Assembly: GCA_965248435.1 (NCBI GenBank)
Contig: OZ252100.1
Location: 448,001 to 512,000 of the forward strand
Direction of reading: 5' to 3'
DNA from: Candidatus Latescibacterota bacterium
GTDB lineage: Bacteria; Latescibacterota; UBA2968; GCA-2709665
Length of the DNA: 64,000 nt
Below are positions 28,681 through 37,824 of this stretch, one piece after another. Every line of letters begins with the position of its first letter. The stretch's first letter is position 1. Position numbers and translations under genes: made by a program. The notes under the pieces were generated by a model, which was given only the letters and a program-made list of their open reading frames with translations, searched no databases and was not told the DNA's origin.

Positions 28681-30030
28681 ATGAGCAAACGCGACGACAC
28701 AGGTCCCCTGAGGACAAGCGGTACGTTTACGCCGGAAGTCATCGAAGACATTCAGGTCAAGTCTGACCTGGGACGCTACCGGATTCGTGGATTCGGCACC
28801 CTGCGGGAAAGGCGATGGGCGACGCTGGACGATCTCACCTTCATCCCCTGTAGTCTCACAAGGATCCCACTCGAAGGTTATCGCGAGCGGTGCACCACGA
28901 AAACGCTTCTGGGTACCCGTTTTGCCGAAAGGCCGATTGAGCTCGACACTCCGATCATGATTACAGGCATGAGTTGGGGTGCACTTTCCTACAACGCCAA
29001 GGTCGCCCTTGCAAAAGGGGCGAACATGGTGGGCTCTTCGAACACAACGGGAGACGGCGGCATGCTGAAGGCGGAACGCGAGGAGAGCAAGAGCCTCATC
29101 TACGAAGTGCTGCCCTCGCGATACGGAATGAGCGTTCACGATCTCCGGATAGCGGATGGGATCGAATTGACGATCGGACAGGGCGCAAAACCAGGCACAG
29201 GAGGCCTGCTCCTGGACGCCAAGGTCCTGGGCGATGTTGCCCTGCAGCGCGATCTTCCGCTGGGGGTAGACCAACGAAGTCCGGCCAGACATCCCGACTT
29301 CCTCGGACCCGATGACATGATCATCAAGATCGAAGAACTCCGGGAAGCAACAGACTGGCAGGTGCCGATCTTCGTCAAGATGGGGGCGACGCGAGTCTTC
29401 GATGATGTCAGGCTTGCGGTGAAGGCGGGTGCGGACGTCGTCGTCGTGGACGGCATGGAAGGGGGAACGGGTGCGTCCGCCGAGATCTCACAGGAGCATA
29501 CCGGCATCCCAACTCTGGCTGCCGTATGCGAAGCGCGAGCCGCACTCGAGGACATCGGCATGTACGGCAAAGTCCAGCTGATTATCGCTGGCGGCATCCG
29601 AAATGGCGTGGACGCGGCCAAGGCCATGGCACTGGGCGCGGATGCGATCTACATCGGTACTGCGGCCCTGATCGCTCTCAACTGCAACAAGGCGCTGTAC
29701 GTTGAAGACTACCACGAGCTGGGTACGGAGCCCTACCACTGTCACCATTGTCACACGGGCCGCTGTCCCGTCGGCATCACGACCCAGGATCCCGATCTGA
29801 TGCAGCGGCTCGAGATTGAAAGTGGCGCGGATCGCGTGGCGAATCTGCTTCAGGCCATGACATCAGAGATCCAGCTCCTGGCCAGGGCGTGCGGAAAGGC
29901 AAACGTCCACGACCTGGACCCCGAAGACCTGCGCGCGTTGACCCTGGAGGCTTCCGCAACCTGCGGCATCCCTCTTGCAGGCACCAACCGGATTTTCGGT
30001 GGGGGACCGGGATGGAGGGAATCCCACTGA
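28681..30030 (+). CDS. mgsC: N-methylglutamate synthase subunit C (FMN-binding glutamate synthase family, GlxD)
   Basis: SLTRIPLEGYRERC, GMSWGALS, GQGAKPGTGG, RHPDFLGPDD, CHHCHTGRCPVGITTQDP. Confidence 0.88.
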   Translation: MSKRDDTGPLRTSGTFTPEVIEDIQVKSDLGRYRIRGFGTLRERRWATLDDLTFIPCSLTRIPLEGYRERCTTKTLLGTRFAERPIELDTPIMITGMSWGALSYNAKVALAKGANMVGSSNTTGDGGMLKAEREESKSLIYEVLPSRYGMSVHDLRIADGIELTIGQGAKPGTGGLLLDAKVLGDVALQRDLPLGVDQRSPARHPDFLGPDDMIIKIEELREATDWQVPIFVKMGATRVFDDVRLAVKAGADVVVVDGMEGGTGASAEISQEHTGIPTLAAVCEARAALEDIGMYGKVQLIIAGGIRNGVDAAKAMALGADAIYIGTAALIALNCNKALYVEDYHELGTEPYHCHHCHTGRCPVGITTQDPDLMQRLEIESGADRVANLLQAMTSEIQLLARACGKANVHDLDPEDLRALTLEASATCGIPLAGTNRIFGGGPGWRESH

Positions 30031-30077
30031 GAATCTGTGTCCCCCAGCCGACGTTTACGCGTTGAGGCTTCAGGAAT

Positions 30078-31316
30078 ATGTCGTTCAAGCTTATTCGGCA
30101 GGCCTTTAACGGGCAGCGGGCGCTGCCACGGATGTGGCGAAAGCATGCCCTGAAAGATCGATACGAAGTCGTGATCATCGGTGGGGGTGCGCACGGCCTC
30201 GCCTGCGCCTACTATCTGGCGAAGGATCACGGCATCACAGACGTCGCGGTGTTGGAAAGGCGTTACATCGGTTCGGGAGGGAGCGGACGCAACACGGCGA
30301 TCGTCAGAAGCAACTACCTCACGCCGGAAGGCGTCCACTTCTACAACGAGAGCGTAAAACTCTATGAGCAGATGGCCCTTGAGCTCGACTTTAACGTGAT
30401 GTTCAGTCAGAGGGGCCACATCACCCTCGCTCACACCGATGGCTCTGTAAACACCATGCGCCGCAGGGCCGAGGTCAACCGCCTCCAGGGCGTGAATTCA
30501 AGCCTGATCTGGCCGGACGAAATTGCCCGCCTCTGCCCCAGCCTGGATGTGAGCGACCATCCCCGCTATCCCGTGCTCGCCGGACTCTACCACCCTCCGG
30601 GTGGCATCATTCGTCATGATGCGGTGGTGTGGGCATACGCGCACCACGCCGATCGATTCGGCGCCCACATCCACCAGGAGACAGCGGTCACCGGCATCCA
30701 GGTTCAAAACGGCAAACTGTCCGGGGTGTCCACGACGCAGGGCTTCATCGAGGCGGGGACTGTGCTGAACGCGACAGCGGGCTGGGGATCTACGATCGCA
30801 GAGATGGCCCAGGTCTCTCTGCCACTCGTTACCTATCCCCTTCAGGCCTGCGTGACCGAATCGCTCAAACCTTTCCTGGATGTTGTTATCGTGTCCGGGA
30901 GCCTGCACGTCTACATCAGCCAGTCCGACCGGGGTGAGCTGGTGATGGGCGCCAGTGTAGACCCGTTCTCGTCCTACTCGATGGACTCTTCTCTGCTCTT
31001 CCTGGAGGACATCGCCGGGCATACCCTGGAGCTCTTTCCAGCCCTGAGCCAGGTCCGGATCCTCAGGCAGTGGGCAGGTCTCTGCGATATGACACCCGAC
31101 TTCAGCCCGATCATGGGGTTCACGCCGGTCGAAGGGTTCCTTGTAGACGTCGGCTGGGGCACCTACGGATTCAAGGCCTCCCCGATCTGCGGCAAGACCC
31201 TCGCCGAAACCATCGCCACGGGTAGAACCCCGGATCTGATCGCCCCCTTCAGACTGTCGAGATTCGTGGAAGGGGACCTCGTGGGCGAAAAGGGCGCCGC
31301 ATCCGTCGGACATTGA
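30078..31316 (+). CDS. soxB: N-methylglutamate dehydrogenase subunit A / heterotetrameric sarcosine oxidase beta
   Basis: IIGGGAHGLACAYYL, GGSGRNTAIVRSNY, RHDAVVW, GWGTYGFKA, VGEKGAASVGH. Confidence 0.9.
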   Translation: MSFKLIRQAFNGQRALPRMWRKHALKDRYEVVIIGGGAHGLACAYYLAKDHGITDVAVLERRYIGSGGSGRNTAIVRSNYLTPEGVHFYNESVKLYEQMALELDFNVMFSQRGHITLAHTDGSVNTMRRRAEVNRLQGVNSSLIWPDEIARLCPSLDVSDHPRYPVLAGLYHPPGGIIRHDAVVWAYAHHADRFGAHIHQETAVTGIQVQNGKLSGVSTTQGFIEAGTVLNATAGWGSTIAEMAQVSLPLVTYPLQACVTESLKPFLDVVIVSGSLHVYISQSDRGELVMGASVDPFSSYSMDSSLLFLEDIAGHTLELFPALSQVRILRQWAGLCDMTPDFSPIMGFTPVEGFLVDVGWGTYGFKASPICGKTLAETIATGRTPDLIAPFRLSRFVEGDLVGEKGAASVGH

Positions 31317-31319
31317 GGC

Positions 31320-31477
31320 CGTATCTCGTATTTCGTATTTCGGGTGATCCTATCGGGGGGAATGCATCTAAGACGTCTCGAAATTGAGAGTGCAAGTCGA
31401 TTACGGCTCCCGGTACCTGTGTCTTGTTTTCCCGGTACCCGGTTTTGCGATCCACGAACAACGATTCACGATCGACG
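31320..31477. repeat. Two heptamer arrays in the soxB-soxD spacer
   Basis: cgtatct cgtattt cgtattt (31320-31340) and cgatcca cgaacaa cgattca cgatcga (31448-31475). Confidence 0.6.
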
Positions 31478-31486
31478 GGTTTCCCC

Positions 31487-31765
31487 ATGTTGATCCTGAC
31501 CTGCCCAAATTGCGGTGAACGAAACGTGAGCGAATTTCGATTCGGAGGCGAATACGCCCCACGTCCATCCGACCCTTCAGCCCCAACAGACGAGGCGTGG
31601 GCGGACTATCTGTATATGCGCGAAAACAGATTGGGCCAGCAAACAGAATGGTGGTATCACCACGCGGGTTGTGGGCTCTGGTTTCTGGCCGAAAGACATA
31701 CGAAAACAAACGAAGTGACTCGGACCTATCTATGGAAATCCGATTCCGTGTCGAAAGAGGCCTAA
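31487..31765 (+). CDS. soxD: NMG dehydrogenase subunit B / sarcosine oxidase delta
   Basis: MLILTCPNCGERNVSEFRFGGE, WADYLYMREN, EWWYHHAGC. Confidence 0.9.
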   Translation: MLILTCPNCGERNVSEFRFGGEYAPRPSDPSAPTDEAWADYLYMRENRLGQQTEWWYHHAGCGLWFLAERHTKTNEVTRTYLWKSDSVSKEA

Positions 31766-34666
31766 TTGCGATCCGTTGACGAGATCGAAACGGCCCCCTA
31801 CCGCCTGTCTCGCCAGAACGAGGAGGTAATCGACCGATCAAGAAGCGTCGCGTTCACCTTTAGCGGACGAAACTTCTCGGCCCACCCCGGAGACACGATC
31901 GCTTCTGCCCTGGCCGCATCCGGAGTCAAGGTATTCAGCCGATCCTTCAAATATCACCGGCCTCGCGGCCTGCTCTGCTGTGCCGGGCACTGCCCTAACT
32001 GCCTCGTCCAGGTGCGTGATGAGCCCAACGTTCGAGCCTGTCGGCGTCTCGTGCGGGAGGGTATGGCGGTTCGGCCTCAAAACGTGTGGCCCTCCCTCGA
32101 GTGGGATGCGTTATCCTTGACAAAGCTCATCTCCCGCTTTCTTCCCGTAGGATTTTACTACAAAACGTTCATCCGCCCCCGGGCGCTCTGGCCGATCTAC
32201 GAGCGCGTGCTGCGCAGGGCGGCCGGTCTGGGTGAAGTGGACCTGAGTTCCACACCGGGGGAATTCGACAAGCAGTATCTTTACGCCGATGTCGCCGTAA
32301 TCGGCGGGGGGCCTGCCGGGATCCACGCCGCGCAGGCAGCTGCCGAGCGCGGCGCACGCGTGATCATCCTGGATGAGAACCTGCAGTTGGGAGGACACCT
32401 GAGGTTTTCGGACCCGGATACGGGATCTTTCGACTTTTCCATTCTGAATGATCTCCAGGGACGGACGAACGTAACCGTGCTTCCGGACACATCTGTCGTC
32501 GGCTGCTACGAAGACAACTGGCTCTCTGCGGTCCGCGGTCCGCGGCTGTTCAAGATCCGCGCAGGGTCTGTGGTGATCGCAACCGGGGTCATTGAAAACC
32601 CCCTCCTCTTTGGCAACCACGACCTGCCCGGTGTCATGCTGGGCAGCGGAGTACAGCGTTTAATCAAGGAACACGCAGTACTCCCTGGACGACAGGCAGT
32701 TATAGTTAGCGCAAACAACGACGCCTGGGACGTCGCCGCCGATCTACGTAATGCAGGAATCGAGATTTCAGCCCTCGTTGAGGAGCGTTCGCGCGATGAT
32801 TGCCCCTCCGCGCGCGTGAACGATCTCGCGGCCGAAGGTGTCCCCACCCTCTTTCGGCATACCATCCTGGAAGCACGGGGATCACGATTCGTGAAGGGTG
32901 CCCTCACGGTCCCGATCGACGGGTCGGGGCGTCCGGAAGCCGACCGCGCGCACCAGGTCCCTTGCGATCTGATCGTCGTCTCCGTGGGTTGGAGTCCGGC
33001 CACAGAGCTTTTTCACATGGCTGGCGGAAAATCGGCCTACGACGATGAAAGCAGGGAAATCCTGCCCGACTCTGCACCTCCCGGCCTTTTCCTCGCCGGA
33101 AGGGTAACTGGACCGCACAATCTGGAAGTGCAGACTCATCAGGGGCGATTTGCAGGATTGAAGGCGGCATCTTACGCCGGGATCGGCGGCCCCGTTCCCG
33201 AAATGGATGTCCCGTCGAGATCACCCCGTACCTCTGTCCGCACGATCGTGCCTGGAAGCAAGAAGTGCTTTTTGTGCCTGTGCGAGGATGTCACGGATCA
33301 GGATCTTGAAACGGCTGTTGAGGAGGGCTATGACAGCATGGAGCTTTTGAAGCGATACTCCACAATCTCCATGGGGCCCTGTCAGGGCAGGATGTGCGCC
33401 ACGAATACGATCCATCTTTGCGCCAGGGCCACGGATCGCACCATCCAGGAGACTGGAAAGACGACCTCCCGCCCACCCTCGACGCCCGTCACCCTTGGTT
33501 CCCTCGCCGGACAGAAAATGGAACCGGTCCAACTGACGCCGATTCACGACTGGCACGTGGCACGCGGTGCCAAGATGATGGTGGCTGGACTCTGGCTGCG
33601 TCCGGAGCACTATGGAGACCCGCAAGCCGAGGTCAACGCAGTTAGGAAGCGTGTCGGGCTCATCGATGTCACACCCCTCGGGAAGATTCAGCTTACAGGT
33701 CCGGGCACCCCCGATCTGCTCGAAAAAATCTACGTGAACAGATGGCGAAAACTCGGATTGGGCCGGGTCCGCTACGGCGTAATGTGCAACGACGAGGGCA
33801 TCATCTTGAACGATGGGGTTTGCGCCCGCTCGAAGGATCAGGAATGGTACATGAGCACGACATCGACGGGCGCATCGGAGGTTTTCCAGTGGATTCAGTG
33901 GTGGATGCAATCCGGCTGGGGTGACGGTGTGCATATCGTGGATGTGACGGATGCCTATTCAGCCTTCAATCTGGCGGGTCCCCGGTCCCGCGCCGTGCTG
34001 CGAAAACTTACGGATCAGGATCTCGAGAACGAATCCTTTCCTTACATGCGGACCCGATCGGCCAGGGTGGCCGGAGTCCCCTGTCGACTGCTCCGAATCG
34101 GCTTCACTGGCGAGCTTTCCTATGAGATCCACTGCCCGACCAGCTACGGACCTTATCTGTGGGAGAGGTTGATGGACGCCGGCGGCGAATTCGGTATCCA
34201 CCCCTTCGGTGTGGAATCTCAGCGAATTCTCAGGCTGGAAAAGGGCCATCTCATCGTTGGACAGGACACCGATGCCCTTTCTGACGCCATCTCTGCAGGC
34301 GCAGAATGGGCTGTAAAACTGGACAAACGGGATTTCCTGGGAATACGTGGCCTTTCCCTTGTGTCTAAGGAAGGGTCGAAACAGCGGTTGGTGGGCTTCA
34401 AAATGGCTCGAAAAGAGCTTGTGCCCGAAGAAGGGACGCAGATCGTCAGCTCAAACGGGAGGTCGAGACCCAGGATCATCGGCTGGGTCACCTCGAGTCG
34501 GTTCAGCCCCACGCTGAAGCAGACGATCGGACTCTGCTGGCTCACATCAGAGGTTGCAACCCGAGAGGGAGCGCCCTTTACTATATATATGGATGGAACC
34601 CTGGCAGAGGCCCACGTGCACGACGGACCCTTTTACGACCCCGAGGGCGAAAGGCTCAGGATGTGA
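31766..34666 (+). CDS. soxA: NMG dehydrogenase subunit C / sarcosine oxidase alpha (Fe-S, NAD-binding and GcvT-like folate domains)
   Basis: SRSFKYHRPRG, LPVGFYYKTF, VIGGGPAG, GcvT-like DVTPLGK and RIGFTGELSYEI, PFYDPEGERL. Confidence 0.9.
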   Translation: MRSVDEIETAPYRLSRQNEEVIDRSRSVAFTFSGRNFSAHPGDTIASALAASGVKVFSRSFKYHRPRGLLCCAGHCPNCLVQVRDEPNVRACRRLVREGMAVRPQNVWPSLEWDALSLTKLISRFLPVGFYYKTFIRPRALWPIYERVLRRAAGLGEVDLSSTPGEFDKQYLYADVAVIGGGPAGIHAAQAAAERGARVIILDENLQLGGHLRFSDPDTGSFDFSILNDLQGRTNVTVLPDTSVVGCYEDNWLSAVRGPRLFKIRAGSVVIATGVIENPLLFGNHDLPGVMLGSGVQRLIKEHAVLPGRQAVIVSANNDAWDVAADLRNAGIEISALVEERSRDDCPSARVNDLAAEGVPTLFRHTILEARGSRFVKGALTVPIDGSGRPEADRAHQVPCDLIVVSVGWSPATELFHMAGGKSAYDDESREILPDSAPPGLFLAGRVTGPHNLEVQTHQGRFAGLKAASYAGIGGPVPEMDVPSRSPRTSVRTIVPGSKKCFLCLCEDVTDQDLETAVEEGYDSMELLKRYSTISMGPCQGRMCATNTIHLCARATDRTIQETGKTTSRPPSTPVTLGSLAGQKMEPVQLTPIHDWHVARGAKMMVAGLWLRPEHYGDPQAEVNAVRKRVGLIDVTPLGKIQLTGPGTPDLLEKIYVNRWRKLGLGRVRYGVMCNDEGIILNDGVCARSKDQEWYMSTTSTGASEVFQWIQWWMQSGWGDGVHIVDVTDAYSAFNLAGPRSRAVLRKLTDQDLENESFPYMRTRSARVAGVPCRLLRIGFTGELSYEIHCPTSYGPYLWERLMDAGGEFGIHPFGVESQRILRLEKGHLIVGQDTDALSDAISAGAEWAVKLDKRDFLGIRGLSLVSKEGSKQRLVGFKMARKELVPEEGTQIVSSNGRSRPRIIGWVTSSRFSPTLKQTIGLCWLTSEVATREGAPFTIYMDGTLAEAHVHDGPFYDPEGERLRM

Positions 34667-35364
34667 CCCAGTCTTCTGAGGCGGTAAGACGGACCCCTCT
34701 TCACCCTGTCACGCAGGCGCTGAACGCCGAATTTGTTGCTCGCCAGGGGTGGCAGGTTACGGAGCGGTTCACGAATCCAGAGGCGGAATGTGGCGCTGCC
34801 CGCGAGCGCGTCGTATTGGCCGACGAATCCACGAGCGGGAAGATCGGCGTGGAGGGCGAACGGGCGGAAGGCGCCCTGGAGACGGCGTTCGATCTCCCTC
34901 TGCTCGATATCGGCTACGGGGCTTCGGCCGACCCGAATTGGATCTATCGACTCAGAAAGGACCTCTTCTTCGTGAGCACCCCTCCCGGCCGGGAGCTGGC
35001 CGCCAGCAAGGACATGAGGTCGGCCACAGAAGAAGCGGGTGAGTTTGTCACCGTGACCGATCTCACCCACGCACGCAGCGAAATTCGCATCATCGGGCCG
35101 CACGGCAGGGAACTCCTGAGCAAGGTCTGCGGACTGGACTTCTATCCGGATGCATTCGACAACGGGACGGCCAAGCTGAGCAGCCTTGCCAAAACCACTC
35201 AATTGATCATCCGCCGCGACATCGGCAAGCTTCCGGCCTTCTCCATCATCGGAGCGGCCTCCCTCGGCCGATATCTCTGGAAGACACTCGAACAGGCAGG
35301 GAAAGAGTTCGGGATTGAGCCGATCGGACACGAAGCCTTGAACGCCCTGGATGGCAGATCGTGA
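34663..35364 (+). CDS. soxG: NMG dehydrogenase subunit D / sarcosine oxidase gamma (GcvT-like)
   Basis: RRTPLH, VTDLTHARS, LLSKVCGLD, YLWKTLEQAGKEFG; overlaps the soxA stop. Confidence 0.8.
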   Translation: MTQSSEAVRRTPLHPVTQALNAEFVARQGWQVTERFTNPEAECGAARERVVLADESTSGKIGVEGERAEGALETAFDLPLLDIGYGASADPNWIYRLRKDLFFVSTPPGRELAASKDMRSATEEAGEFVTVTDLTHARSEIRIIGPHGRELLSKVCGLDFYPDAFDNGTAKLSSLAKTTQLIIRRDIGKLPAFSIIGAASLGRYLWKTLEQAGKEFGIEPIGHEALNALDGRS

Positions 35365-35410
35365 TCGGCGGGACACAGACGCGGGTCGTCGACACAGGAG
35401 AACAATAGAC

Positions 35411-36742
35411 ATGGATTTCGAACAGGTTAAGGAGCTTGCCGAATCGGACATCGAGTTCTTCCTCTGCTCCTTCGTTGAAATGAACGGGATGCCAAAGGCG
35501 AAGCTCGTGCCCGCGACCCATCTGGATGACATGGCCACTTCAGGGGCCGGATTTGCCGGATTTGCGGCCGGGAACATGGGCCAAGGCCCCCACGATCCAG
35601 ACATGATGAACATCCCCGATTTTGATTCACTCAAGATCGTCCCGTGGCGAAAGAACACAGCCTGGGTGGCCGGCAATATACACGTGAACGGCGAGCCGTG
35701 GAGTTATTGCCCGCGCACGATCCTGCTGCGCCAGCTGGATAAGGCAAAGGAGAATGGCTACGCCTTCAATGTGGGCGTCGAGGCCGAGTTCATGATCCTC
35801 AAACAGAATGAGCGCGGAGAGTACGCTCCCTATGATTCCCTCGACATTCTCGAAAAACCCTGTTACGACCTGGTGACGTTGAACCGAAATCTGGACCTGA
35901 TGACCACATTGATCAAATACATGCAGGACCTGGGCTGGGGGCCTTACGCGAACGACCACGAAGATGCCAACTGCCAGTTCGAAATCAACTGGCAGTACTC
36001 CGATGCCCTCACGACGGCAGATCGGCAGACCTTTTTCAGGTGGCTGGTCAAGGCCACCGCCGAAAAGTACGGCTTGATGGCAACGTTCATGCCGAAACCG
36101 TTTGCCCATCTGACCGGCAGCGGGGCTCACTACCATATGAGTCTCTGGGATGCGGACAACAAGACCAACCTGTTCCTGGATGAAAGCGATCCGCTCGGAC
36201 TTTCAGAGGTTGGATACTGGTTCATGGGGGGCCTGCTCCATCACGCAAAGGCCTTGGCGGCGTTCGCATCGCCGATTGTAAACAGCTACAAGCGGCTCGT
36301 TCGGGGTGCGCCGCGTTCCGGGGCCTCCTGGGCACCGGTCTACGTGACCTACGGCGCCTCGAACCGCACACAGATGATCCGCATCCCGGAATCGGGCAGG
36401 CTCGAAAACCGATGTGTGGACGGCTCGGCGAATCCATATCTGGCGTGCGCGGCAATGTTGGCCGCTGGACTCGACGGGATCGAAAACAAGACCGATCCGG
36501 GTAATCAGAACAATGACAATCTTTATGAAATCCCGGAGAATGAGCTCCAGAGGCGCGGAATCGACTTTCTTCCTTCTACACTGAAGGAGGCCCTCGATTT
36601 CCTGGAGGAAGACGAGGTGGTCAAAGAGGCTGTTGGAACGGCGTACGCAGAATACTATATTGATGTAAAGCGCGAGGAATGGCGGGACTACCACCAGGCT
36701 GTGAGCAAGTGGGAAACCGATCATTACCTCCCGATATACTGA
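35411..36742 (+). CDS. gmaS: Gamma-glutamylmethylamide synthetase (type III glutamine synthetase-like, GlnT)
   Basis: PKAKLVPA, GAGFAGFA, KPCYD, NDHEDANCQFEIN, ATFMPKPF, SGASWAP, NRTQMIRIP; in the mgs/mgd cluster. Confidence 0.88.
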   Translation: MDFEQVKELAESDIEFFLCSFVEMNGMPKAKLVPATHLDDMATSGAGFAGFAAGNMGQGPHDPDMMNIPDFDSLKIVPWRKNTAWVAGNIHVNGEPWSYCPRTILLRQLDKAKENGYAFNVGVEAEFMILKQNERGEYAPYDSLDILEKPCYDLVTLNRNLDLMTTLIKYMQDLGWGPYANDHEDANCQFEINWQYSDALTTADRQTFFRWLVKATAEKYGLMATFMPKPFAHLTGSGAHYHMSLWDADNKTNLFLDESDPLGLSEVGYWFMGGLLHHAKALAAFASPIVNSYKRLVRGAPRSGASWAPVYVTYGASNRTQMIRIPESGRLENRCVDGSANPYLACAAMLAAGLDGIENKTDPGNQNNDNLYEIPENELQRRGIDFLPSTLKEALDFLEEDEVVKEAVGTAYAEYYIDVKREEWRDYHQAVSKWETDHYLPIY

Positions 36743-36785
36743 GCTTTCAGAATTTGCCCACTTGCCTTACCGAGGTGCATACCAA

Positions 36786-37817
36786 ATGCCAAATGATTTA
36801 CCCCTGCTGACCACGAGCGTTGTCGGCAGTCACGCCTACCCCGGGTGGCTCCTGGCGGCCATGGAGCAGATCGATCAGGGTAAGTTCGGGGCCACGGACA
36901 TCCGGGAAACCTTCGACGACGCAGTCGATCTCGCGATGCTGGATCAGCAGCGCGCCGGCGTGGACGTCATCTCCGACGGTGAGATGCGCAGATGGTACTT
37001 CGTTCAGAGCTTCTACAAGCGCTTCGAAGGGCTCGAGTCGAGGGAGACACTGCGAAAGACGGGGGTCTACGGTTACGACAGCGTGCCTCGATGGACCGCT
37101 ACGGAAAAGATCAAAGTTCCCGAGGGGCTGGGCATCATCGAAGAGTTCAAATATGCGAAGAATCACACGGATCTGCCGCTAAAGGCGACTTCTCCTGGCC
37201 CGCTCACCCTTACCATCCACATTCAGCTTGCGAATGACAAAATCTACAAGGATAGGATGGAGCTCGCGTTCGAGTTTGCCGGCGTGGTCAACAAGGAACT
37301 GAAGGGCCTCGAGGCTGCCGGCGCGGAATTCATTCAGCTGGATGAGCCCTCCTACTCTATTGTCCCGGGCAGCTCGAGCGACTGGATCGACCTCTTCAAC
37401 AAGACCGTCGAAGGCGTGAAGGCCAAGATAGGTCTCCACATCTGTTTCGGTAACCTGGGAAGCCGACCGAGGGGGAAGCGACGATATGGCTGGATGCTGG
37501 ATGACATCATGCGCGCGAACGCCCAACAGATCGCCTTCGAATTTGCCAACCGAGAGATGATCGAAGTTGAACTCTGCAAACCGGTCGCAGAGAAATTCGA
37601 AGTCTCAGCAGGGCTGGTGGATGTCAAGTCGTTCTACGTGGAGACTCCGGAGGACATCGCCGAACGGGTACGGAAGATCCTCGAATATGTTCCGCCCGAA
37701 AAACTGTGGATTACTCCAGACTGCGGATTTTTTCAACTCCCCCGCTGGCTCACCTGCCAGAAACTTCAGAATATGGTGAAGGGCGTCAACATCGTGAGGA
37801 AGGAATTGGAGGGATAA
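36786..37817 (+). CDS. Cobalamin-independent methionine synthase II family protein (single catalytic barrel)
   Basis: TSVVGS, DVISDGEMRR, IQLDEP, Zn ligands LHICFGN and PDCG; about 343 aa with no N-terminal MetE barrel. Confidence 0.88.
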   Translation: MPNDLPLLTTSVVGSHAYPGWLLAAMEQIDQGKFGATDIRETFDDAVDLAMLDQQRAGVDVISDGEMRRWYFVQSFYKRFEGLESRETLRKTGVYGYDSVPRWTATEKIKVPEGLGIIEEFKYAKNHTDLPLKATSPGPLTLTIHIQLANDKIYKDRMELAFEFAGVVNKELKGLEAAGAEFIQLDEPSYSIVPGSSSDWIDLFNKTVEGVKAKIGLHICFGNLGSRPRGKRRYGWMLDDIMRANAQQIAFEFANREMIEVELCKPVAEKFEVSAGLVDVKSFYVETPEDIAERVRKILEYVPPEKLWITPDCGFFQLPRWLTCQKLQNMVKGVNIVRKELEG

Positions 37818-37824
37818 GACTCTT

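Noticed and set aside
26990-30030. Ordinary split glutamate synthase (GltB fragments)
   Set aside because: Adjacency to soxBDAG-like genes and a GmaS-type ligase fits N-methylglutamate synthase better.
34633-35676. Long antisense ORFs (this 347-aa one; also 3659-4429, 13870-14649, 30498-31313, 46048-46881)
   Set aside because: They shadow well-supported genes on the opposite strand, lack motifs and are expected in GC-rich DNA.
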